Sequence record: NC_074653.1
Direction: 5' to 3' (one strand)
DNA: 18,212 nt
Shown here piece after piece: positions 1 through 6,784 of this stretch; positions within the stretch are counted from its first letter, which is position 1, and each line of letters opens with the position of its first letter. The position numbers and the translations under genes are program-made. The notes under the pieces are model-generated. The model had not been told where the DNA came from. It was given only the letters and a program-made list of their open reading frames with translations, and did no database searches.

Positions 1-55
1 CCCCCTCGCGCGCACACAAAGCCCCCACGCCGGCCTCTCAAACACGGCGGGGCCC
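1..55 (+). repeat. Left inverted terminal repeat (55 bp)
   Basis: Exact reverse complement of 18158-18212. The match breaks at base 56 (A vs G). Confidence 0.99.
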
Positions 56-142
56 ATTCTCGCGGAGTTATAAAGGGCGGCCGTGTCCATTGTATCGCTT
101 ATCAACTACTAGGGCGCCGAGGTATCTCCCTTTACATATAGA

Positions 143-159
143 GGGGGGGAGGGAGGGGG
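143..159 (+). other. G-quadruplex-forming motif G7-A-G3-A-G5
   Basis: Can be parsed as GGG-G-GGG-A-GGG-A-GGG, four G3 tracts with 1-nt loops. Confidence 0.55.
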
Positions 160-328
160 ATACTAACTACTTACACGCAGCCTCTTTACAATTAGTACGG
201 CGAAAAATCTAAATAGTTTAACTCACGGCGAACCCGGGATAATATATAATATACCTGGAATGACACATGTAAAGCGTGAAAAGCGCGCTTATCCCGCTTT
301 ACAAAGGTCTAGCCATTTCAACTATCCC

Positions 329-376
329 CTTTAAGTTTAGCAAGATGCGCTTTATAAGTGTCCACTTTTTCCCCAC
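329..376 (+). repeat. Degenerate inner inverted repeat, left copy
   Basis: 39/48 ungapped identity to the reverse complement of 18090-18137. The first 15 bp (CTTTAAGTTTAGCAA) are exact. Confidence 0.9.
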
Positions 377-441
377 CAACGTCAAGTTTTTCCCCGACAA
401 CGTCCACTTTTTCCCCAACAACGTCAAGTTTTTCCCCCAAC
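360..441 (+). repeat. Four tandem ~21-bp iteron-like repeats (ABAB pattern)
   Basis: GTCCACTTTTTCCCCACCAAC (360), GTCAAGTTTTTCCCCGACAAC (381), GTCCACTTTTTCCCCAACAAC (402), GTCAAGTTTTTCCCCCAAC (423). Confidence 0.95.
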
Positions 442-486
442 TTAGTTTCCGCTTTTCGCGCCGTGGGGTGTTTATTCCTACTAAAA

Positions 487-494
487 TATAAATA
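487..494 (+). promoter_or_regulatory. TATA box of the helicase gene
   Basis: TATAAATA starts 28 nt before ATG 515. Confidence 0.65.
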
Positions 495-514
495 TAAGCT
501 TTTGCTGGGTTTTT

Positions 515-2092
515 ATGGGTTCTAAAAAAAGAAGAGAAGCGGCCGAAACCGAGGCCCTCACGGAGGCCACCCAACTCCCCGTAAATGACTCATTTCTCTC
601 TTCATTGCCAAGCTCAGTCTGGTTGTTAAAGAATTGCCGACTGGGATATAAAAGTATTGAGTGTCCATATGACATTAAGATCCATGTTAGGTGGTTTGAG
701 GACTACGTGGCTGTTAGCATAAACGGCGAAAAAGTCAAGCTGACTTATGAGGACTTCTATTCCATTGTCACGGGCGCTGAATATACAGTTAAACAACTCA
801 ATTGGGCCCACAAACTTGAGGTGGGAGATGAAGTGGTGACAGCCACCCCATGCTGGGATAGGAGTGGAAACCGCTTTTTTGTTATTAGGTATAACAATGA
901 CACTACAGACAGAAAGCCGATAATTACAAAGGGCGATACCATATTTATGCCAGGGTTCAACGCTAGCTTATGTCCACAGTATCGATATATCCGTGACGCC
1001 ACGGAGGAGGAGTTCAAAAAAGTCAACGCGGACCTCCTAAAGAATATGTCCCACCTCCCCAGCGATATCAGACACGCAATATACTATGCAATTATCTATG
1101 GTTTCGCGGTCCCACTGTCAGAACAAAGGCCCATTTTGGGATTATGGGGCCCTCCTGGAATAGGAAAGACCACGATACTGAAACTAGTGGCGGCTTTCCA
1201 TAACGCCTACATTGTTGAGGGGTACAGCCCAGCTAGCATAAGAAACCTACTGACATGGCAAAATGTTATTGCTGATGACGTATTAGAGTCCACTAGCGCT
1301 GAAAATATCCCTCAATTAACTGACTTGATACTGGCATATTTTAATAGACACGTGACCGCCAGAGTCTACACGACAAGTGCGTTTAGGAGGTTCTACACCC
1401 GCGGATCCCTATGGATGGCTGGGGCTAATCTCTTAGAAATTATCAACTATCGTGAGGGAATACCTAGGAGGTTACGGTTATATGGTTTGTTTAAGAAAGT
1501 CACTCCTGCAGACATTAACCATATATACAAAGATATAGAGTACTACATGGCGTTAAGCTACATAGTAGTGCCTAAGAAAATAATTGCTTTAGACGTGATA
1601 CTTGGGGACGTCTCAACGCCTACATCTCTATTGCTAGATACCGCTATGAGTATAGTGGGAATGTATGCCGATGCAGAACAGAAATTTGAGGAGACCTATG
1701 AGACGCCGCATGTGGAGTCCCATATTGTTTCGCTATTGCAGAGAACAATAAAGCAATTGAGAAAAGCGAAAGCCGCCCCAAAATACGCCAAGCCGCCCTA
1801 TCTCATAGTATTCTCTAAAGCCAGTAACATTCCCAAGCGCATTAGCACTAAGGCTATCATAAACGAGGACACTAAGGTGGTAGACGGTAAGCTAGTCAAT
1901 GTCCACAAGGTTTCTAGGGAGGCCCAAACATATACCACCGAAGAGCTTGTGAAGATATTCCGCTCTTTAGGTCTCCCGCTAGAAATCAAAGATAAGGCGG
2001 TTGTCGTGGAGGACACTAAGCTTGAGGAGGCTTTGCAGATAGCGTGTATGCGCTTACAAGACATGGGAGAGACGTCACCATATTGCCAATAG
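515..2092 (+). CDS. AAA+ ATPase, D5/P4-like superfamily 3 helicase (525 aa)
   Basis: Walker A GPPGIGKT (aa 212-219) preceded by SEQRPILGLW, Walker B VIADD, motif-C/sensor-1 SLWMAGAN, Arg finger GIPRRLRL. Confidence 0.85.
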   Translation: MGSKKRREAAETEALTEATQLPVNDSFLSSLPSSVWLLKNCRLGYKSIECPYDIKIHVRWFEDYVAVSINGEKVKLTYEDFYSIVTGAEYTVKQLNWAHKLEVGDEVVTATPCWDRSGNRFFVIRYNNDTTDRKPIITKGDTIFMPGFNASLCPQYRYIRDATEEEFKKVNADLLKNMSHLPSDIRHAIYYAIIYGFAVPLSEQRPILGLWGPPGIGKTTILKLVAAFHNAYIVEGYSPASIRNLLTWQNVIADDVLESTSAENIPQLTDLILAYFNRHVTARVYTTSAFRRFYTRGSLWMAGANLLEIINYREGIPRRLRLYGLFKKVTPADINHIYKDIEYYMALSYIVVPKKIIALDVILGDVSTPTSLLLDTAMSIVGMYADAEQKFEETYETPHVESHIVSLLQRTIKQLRKAKAAPKYAKPPYLIVFSKASNIPKRISTKAIINEDTKVVDGKLVNVHKVSREAQTYTTEELVKIFRSLGLPLEIKDKAVVVEDTKLEEALQIACMRLQDMGETSPYCQ

Positions 2093-2121
2093 TATTTTTT
2101 AACCCGCACCATTGTCTTTCT

Positions 2122-3045
2122 ATGTCTCAAAGACTCATCTTCTTTTTGAGCGCGTTTTCAATTGTCTATTTCACGCTCTTTAGCGGAAACCTATACCTTG
2201 ATTTAGTCATGTGGTTTATGGTTGTCATCTCCACCATATATGCGGCCGAAATATCCATGGCTTTATCTAATGCACGGCTGTGGTATAACGTCTTAGTCGT
2301 TTCTATGGCTATGTCATTGCCTCAGACCTTATTTGCCATAAAGCTAGCCAGCAGCGGGAAATATCTAGCTTCATGGATAGACACGCTGGGGTCCACGCTT
2401 GTTGACGCTATGCTAGTGACAGCTGTCCTTAGGAGGTACGTTATCGGCTCTCCCATGATATGGAATATGGTACCATTCTTGATAATGTGGTCCATGGCGG
2501 CTCTTTATGTCAACTATCACGCTTATGCTATCACCTACGGCCTTTTCAGACTCCCTGAGTGGGTGATAGTGGTAATTGGTATACTCCTCCCAATGGTCCT
2601 AGTGAGGCCCACGGGACTACCCCGTAAGAGCGAACTCATCATGTTGTTACTACACGCAGTTTCTACTGGGGTGTCCTCATACCAACTGTCCAATGTAATT
2701 GCGCAATTGCCTATCCATGAAATACAGCTAGGAATAGTGGCCACCATCCTTGCCACACTGCCAGACTTCTTAGTGGCCCTAATTATACGGAGTGCTGTGG
2801 CGAAAATCCTCAACGAGGTGGCCTCCGAGGAGGAGGCGTTAGCCACAATGCTAGCGTCCGCGGTTCACGACCAAATACTTATCCCAGCGCTAGTACTCAC
2901 ATTGTACCCGGAGGTGGCCGCTTACTATCCACACTATTTCAATGTCATAATTATCCTCCTCAAATTCACGCTGTTATTCCGCAATGTCTACTGGCTATTC
3001 GGCGTACCCTTCACCATCTTCTTGTTGTTAATGCCTCCCGTGTAG
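2122..3045 (+). CDS. CaCA-family (Na+/Ca2+ exchanger-like) membrane transporter (307 aa)
   Basis: Polytopic hydrophobic protein with two alpha-repeat-like motifs: SLPQ...LGSTLVD and TLPD...LASAVHD. Start moved from 2044 to ATG 2122, which avoids overlap and sits 25 nt after TTTTAA. Confidence 0.75.
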   Translation: MSQRLIFFLSAFSIVYFTLFSGNLYLDLVMWFMVVISTIYAAEISMALSNARLWYNVLVVSMAMSLPQTLFAIKLASSGKYLASWIDTLGSTLVDAMLVTAVLRRYVIGSPMIWNMVPFLIMWSMAALYVNYHAYAITYGLFRLPEWVIVVIGILLPMVLVRPTGLPRKSELIMLLLHAVSTGVSSYQLSNVIAQLPIHEIQLGIVATILATLPDFLVALIIRSAVAKILNEVASEEEALATMLASAVHDQILIPALVLTLYPEVAAYYPHYFNVIIILLKFTLLFRNVYWLFGVPFTIFLLLMPPV

Positions 3046-3084
3046 AGCGAAAAGTTATTATAGCCATTATGCGAAAAATCTTTC

Positions 3085-3225
3085 ATGAGTAAGTATCTAG
3101 AAAAGGCGCTTTATGTTTTGGCGCTAGTGGCGGCCTTATCTGGCATTTTCGGTTTTGTCTCTCAGGCCTCCGCGGCTCTTTTTGCCGCATTGCTATTAGC
3201 CATTGGCGAATTGATTGAGGATTAA
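3085..3225 (+). CDS. Small membrane protein (46 aa), not in the ORF track
   Basis: MSKYLEKALYVLALVAALSGIFGFVSQASAALFAALLLAIGELIED. It fills the gap, has two hydrophobic segments, and TTATTATA lies at 3055-3062. Confidence 0.7.
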   Translation: MSKYLEKALYVLALVAALSGIFGFVSQASAALFAALLLAIGELIED

Positions 3226-3260
3226 ACAAAATATCTTTTTTCCACTCCGTTAGTTGTTCC

Positions 3261-3710
3261 ATGCCAGTAAAGACCATAGGTTTCGGCGTGTTATATATCC
3301 ATAGGGAGTGTCCTATATGCCTCTCCATATTCCGCCTTGAGACTATAAAGAAGGCGATTAATACACCAGCAAAAATGAGGTTAATCATAAAAGACGTTGA
3401 AAGCCTCTCCTCTGAGGAGAGGCTTAGGCTGTGGGGCTATAGGCTTACTGAATATGGAATAGTACACCGCGTGACGGTTCCATTGTTAGTAATATATTGC
3501 GTTGACGAAACAACAGGTGAGTGGATACCTATATATAAAAAGGAGTGGAGGCCTCTAATGGGACCCTTTCTGTCCGAGGCCGATATAAGAGAGATGTTAG
3601 CTTTAATAACATCTTTTCAATGGGAGTGTGTGCGAAAAAGCGGTAGCCATATTGGAGAATCTGGAGAAGAAGAAGTCCAAAGGAAAGCTAGAAAAAGACG
3701 AAATTCTTAA
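3261..3710 (+). CDS. Thioredoxin/glutaredoxin-fold protein (149 aa)
   Basis: CPIC (C17-C20) after a hydrophobic strand, and the cis-Pro-like motif TVPLLVI (P74). Confidence 0.65.
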   Translation: MPVKTIGFGVLYIHRECPICLSIFRLETIKKAINTPAKMRLIIKDVESLSSEERLRLWGYRLTEYGIVHRVTVPLLVIYCVDETTGEWIPIYKKEWRPLMGPFLSEADIREMLALITSFQWECVRKSGSHIGESGEEEVQRKARKRRNS

Positions 3711-3719
3711 GGCGTTTAA

Positions 3720-3983
3720 ATGAGGCAATGCAATACACCGCAAGAGGCAATTGACGTAGTCTATAACAATATTTTCCACTTTGCCAATGGATACGCTGTG
3801 ACAAGAGATGTGGCCGAATGCCTCATTAAACTCAAATTAGCATTATTGCTCTTAGCTCTTGACACGGGCCACATGTTGGATATACAATACTCTAATTTCG
3901 TGATACGCTGTGAGGCTTACTACTGTTATGTCCCTCCCTCCATTTATGAAATCTTACGCTATATGAAAATGCGCCTTACCTAG
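3720..3983 (+). CDS. Hypothetical protein (87 aa)
   Basis: ATG 9 nt after the upstream stop, non-overlapping, 4 Cys. Confidence 0.75.
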   Translation: MRQCNTPQEAIDVVYNNIFHFANGYAVTRDVAECLIKLKLALLLLALDTGHMLDIQYSNFVIRCEAYYCYVPPSIYEILRYMKMRLT

Positions 3984-3995
3984 TTATCATTAGAA

Positions 3996-4003
3996 TTATA
4001 AAC
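3996..4003 (+). promoter_or_regulatory. TATA box
   Basis: TTATAAAC starts 26 nt before GTG 4022. Confidence 0.6.
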
Positions 4004-4021
4004 GCATATTTTTTCGGTGTT

Positions 4022-4726
4022 GTGAACACTGTTATCGCTGATAGGGTAAGCGGGAAATTTGTTAAAGGGCGTGTGGCCCACGATAAATGGTGCATAGGCC
4101 GCGAAATTGAATACTGGCTAGGTTTTCAGTTTAACTGTTATCCCATTACGCCCTCAAGATACGCCACGGTAATGAGGGTACTTAAACCGATTATGGGAAA
4201 CCTTTTCGGTGTAGGTTATATATTGCCAGACACCATTAGGCTGGTAAGCCGCACGGTTGTGGTATTTCACCCTAGTGGTGCGGAAATTGAGGAGGTTTTA
4301 TATGACGTGAGGCTTGACGCTGAGGGTATAATTGTGGGCGATTCATTTTACCCCGTTCAATGGGCGGAAAACGCACTATCGTGTAAGGACAGCGGCTTCA
4401 GTACAATATGCGTGACTTTTGGGGCCCTAGTGAGGGTGGGCGATAAGTTGAAACATGTCCCACTATACACTGAGGTTGAATACCGCGAATACATTAGGGC
4501 TTTAGCCACCAAGTCAAAGGATATCAAGCCTTGGGAGACAATATTGGCGAAACTTTTTGTCTATGAGAACTTCATAAATCAGCTTGTGGAAGAGCTTTCT
4601 AAGCTAGGTGAGATGCGTCTAGCGGAATACGTGTCTTCTCTCAGCGCACAATTTAGGAGAATTCTCGAGGCCACTGAGAACGTCAAGGTGATAACGTCAC
4701 CACAACAACGTGAAGAGAAGCGATAA
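4022..4726 (+). CDS. Hypothetical protein (234 aa) with beta-rich N-terminus and helical C-terminus
   Basis: Long ORF with its own TATA box. No motif recognised. Confidence 0.85.
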   Translation: MNTVIADRVSGKFVKGRVAHDKWCIGREIEYWLGFQFNCYPITPSRYATVMRVLKPIMGNLFGVGYILPDTIRLVSRTVVVFHPSGAEIEEVLYDVRLDAEGIIVGDSFYPVQWAENALSCKDSGFSTICVTFGALVRVGDKLKHVPLYTEVEYREYIRALATKSKDIKPWETILAKLFVYENFINQLVEELSKLGEMRLAEYVSSLSAQFRRILEATENVKVITSPQQREEKR

Positions 4727-4729
4727 ACC

Positions 4730-4754
4730 TATAAATAAGCACTAGAATAGTGCT
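4730..4754 (+). promoter_or_regulatory. TATA box plus 17-bp palindrome AGCACTA-GAA-TAGTGCT
   Basis: TATAAATA at 4730-4737. Perfect 7-bp arms at 4738-4754 abut ATG 4755. Confidence 0.6.
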
Positions 4755-5486
4755 ATGGCTCGACTACAAGGAAACGCCAAAAGACCAACGTGGCTAGCTG
4801 CGGTTATTGTGGGCCTCATAATTCTGTTAGCCTTATGGGCCTACTTACTACCTAAGGGCGGTTCAGGTGGCGGTGGTGGCGGTGGTGGAGGTGGTACTAC
4901 TACTACAGCCCCAATGCCAGCGGTGTACCCCACGGGCGATATTTATAACGGATACAACTTAATCCTCTTAGAGGATTTTGTTAACCCTAACGACTATCAA
5001 ATTGTCGTGTCGGCTTTCGGTGAATATTCCAGTATACCCGTTTACGGAGGGTCTGGGGTACAGGGAAACATTACGCATGAACAAGCTTACCTAAAATACG
5101 GAGGCTTTAGTATCCCAATAATAGCAATTGCCTCCACTAATTCAACACTTAAACAAGACTTTCCTGGCATGCAAATACGCCTAGACACTAGCGGCGGCTA
5201 TATCCTCTACACGGCGCCTAATCTAGCTATCTACTACAGACACATGGCTTTCAACGTGAGTGGTACCACGGTCCACGTGTGGGCCCCAGCGTCACAACTA
5301 CCTCCACAATTATCGGGCGCCTCTCACCACGTGACGATAGACCCCGCTAACGGAGTGGCTTATGTTGACGGCATGCCTGTGAAGTTAAGTACAGGTGTTG
5401 CACAGCCTCAGAGGAAAGGAGTACTACGTGCGTGGCTTGTCATGACAAGCGTGCCAGGGACCTATACGTTAACCATTAATCCATAA
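4755..5486 (+). CDS. Membrane-anchored surface/virion glycoprotein with poly-Gly linker (243 aa)
   Basis: N-terminal TM helix, GGS-G10-T4 linker, beta-rich ectodomain, sequons NIT, NST and NVS. Confidence 0.8.
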   Translation: MARLQGNAKRPTWLAAVIVGLIILLALWAYLLPKGGSGGGGGGGGGGTTTTAPMPAVYPTGDIYNGYNLILLEDFVNPNDYQIVVSAFGEYSSIPVYGGSGVQGNITHEQAYLKYGGFSIPIIAIASTNSTLKQDFPGMQIRLDTSGGYILYTAPNLAIYYRHMAFNVSGTTVHVWAPASQLPPQLSGASHHVTIDPANGVAYVDGMPVKLSTGVAQPQRKGVLRAWLVMTSVPGTYTLTINP

Positions 5487-5515
5487 ACTATTAAACTCCC
5501 CTACGTTTTTTTCTT

Positions 5516-6424
5516 GTGTCCGAGGTACTCCCTTTAGCCAAATATGGCATATACATTTTGTTAGCGGCAATACCACCTCTTGACGCTTTTGTTTTCGGCA
5601 CAATGGCTGTGTCATTAGGTGTATCCGACAAACCGTATCTGGCTATAATCCAGGGAATTGCGGTGGCGGCTATTGTCTACTCACTAGCTAAGGAGAGCTT
5701 CTTACGTGGCATTGCGGCCGCACTAGGCGCTATAGGCAGCGCTGTCATTACATTAAATGTCACTGACATATTCCTGCAGGCCTTTGGACAGTTTTTTGGT
5801 ACAGTTGTCACTTCACTAATTGACATGGCTCTCAAAGGCCTATTCCTAGGCATTGCGGCTGGGGTGGCACTTGCGCTATCGCCTCTCTCATTGCTTTCTA
5901 TTATCACGGGCTTCATTTTGGCGCTCTTAGTTCAAATAGTAATGAGGGCTATAGACCTCATCGAAAGTGCATTGGAAATAGTCACTCACGCCCTCTTTAA
6001 GGGTATGCCTGTGGGAGTAATGGCTCTTTTAGCGCCTTACTACGGAGGTATAGTAATCGCACTACCGCTAGCTTTCGCTATTGTTATTTTCCTCACCCTA
6101 GTGGCGATAGCCATAGGCATTGCAATTGGGATAGCTATAGTGGCGATAGTGCTATCATGGACCGTGGTGTTCACGATTTTAGGATTCGTGTCACTACTAC
6201 TGTTTATCGCTGGGGTATCCCTAGCGGCGCTTCTAAAGCCAGTGAAAGCCTCACTTATGTCCCCCCTCATAGACACGCTAGTATTACTCATATTCCCTTA
6301 CCTAGGTCCAGCGCTATACACTAGTGGATACGCGGGCCTCCTGACAAGGAAAAGGGCGCTAGGCCTCTACCTAATCGGATTAGGACTATTCGGCGCAGTC
6401 CTACCAATAAAATTGCCTTTCTAA
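5516..6424 (+). CDS. Polytopic membrane protein (302 aa)
   Basis: Almost entirely hydrophobic (A/G/I/L/V). TATTAAAC starts 27 nt upstream. Confidence 0.85.
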   Translation: MSEVLPLAKYGIYILLAAIPPLDAFVFGTMAVSLGVSDKPYLAIIQGIAVAAIVYSLAKESFLRGIAAALGAIGSAVITLNVTDIFLQAFGQFFGTVVTSLIDMALKGLFLGIAAGVALALSPLSLLSIITGFILALLVQIVMRAIDLIESALEIVTHALFKGMPVGVMALLAPYYGGIVIALPLAFAIVIFLTLVAIAIGIAIGIAIVAIVLSWTVVFTILGFVSLLLFIAGVSLAALLKPVKASLMSPLIDTLVLLIFPYLGPALYTSGYAGLLTRKRALGLYLIGLGLFGAVLPIKLPF

Positions 6425-6426
6425 GC

Positions 6427-6446
6427 TTTTATAGTCTAGTATAAAA
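6427..6446 (+). promoter_or_regulatory. Imperfect palindrome, candidate operator
   Basis: TTTTATA-GTCTAG-TATAAAA. Its core at 6430-6443 is 12/14 identical to the palindrome at 12418-12431. Confidence 0.45.
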
Positions 6447-6447
6447 C

Positions 6448-6765
6448 ATGAAGCCGAAAACCAAAAACTCACCCACGAAAAGAGGGAGAGACGTAATCGT
6501 GATAATCAATGAGAAGAAAGGCCTAGTGTGCGCGATAACCCCAGAGGAAGGCCCTAGGGAGGAAATTAAGAGGTTTTTAGAAATTGCACAAGACGTAGTG
6601 CTGAGAGCCTGGGTTTATGGGTGGCTTAAGAAAAACTGTGACTCATGTGGGAGGCGTATCAACGGCGCCGTTGCCGTGGCGGTTAAGGACTTCATGGGCG
6701 ATAATGAGAAGGTAATAGGGGTGAAGTGTGGTAGGTGCGTTGACGTTGACGCGGTGTGTAAATAA
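6448..6765 (+). CDS. Zn-ribbon/Zn-finger protein (105 aa)
   Basis: CDSC...CGRC pairs and a basic N-terminus. Confidence 0.75.
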   Translation: MKPKTKNSPTKRGRDVIVIINEKKGLVCAITPEEGPREEIKRFLEIAQDVVLRAWVYGWLKKNCDSCGRRINGAVAVAVKDFMGDNEKVIGVKCGRCVDVDAVCK

Positions 6766-6784
6766 TTCCCTCTTTTTTTTCTTT

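Noticed and set aside
1-55. Covalently closed hairpin telomere
   Set aside because: The extreme end is not self-complementary at the tip, and end chemistry cannot be read from sequence.
360-441. Mini-CRISPR array interpretation of the tandem repeats
   Set aside because: The units are contiguous with only 2-3 variable bases and no spacers.
276-491. 71-aa + strand ORF with VHFFPTN/VKFFPDN repeats, and the antisense ORF 299-574
   Set aside because: The frames stay open because the 21-bp (7-codon) repeat has no stops. It is more simply read as a DNA element. A TATA-like stretch at 243-250 means transcription cannot be excluded.
515-2092. Genome-packaging (FtsK/HerA or terminase) ATPase call
   Set aside because: The motif order with a sensor-1 Asn and an RR finger after Walker B is AAA+/SF3-type.
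3261-3710. KaiB-like circadian protein call
   Set aside because: KaiB shares the thioredoxin fold, but the intact CxxC and cis-Pro motifs favour a redox enzyme, and no KaiC-like gene is present.
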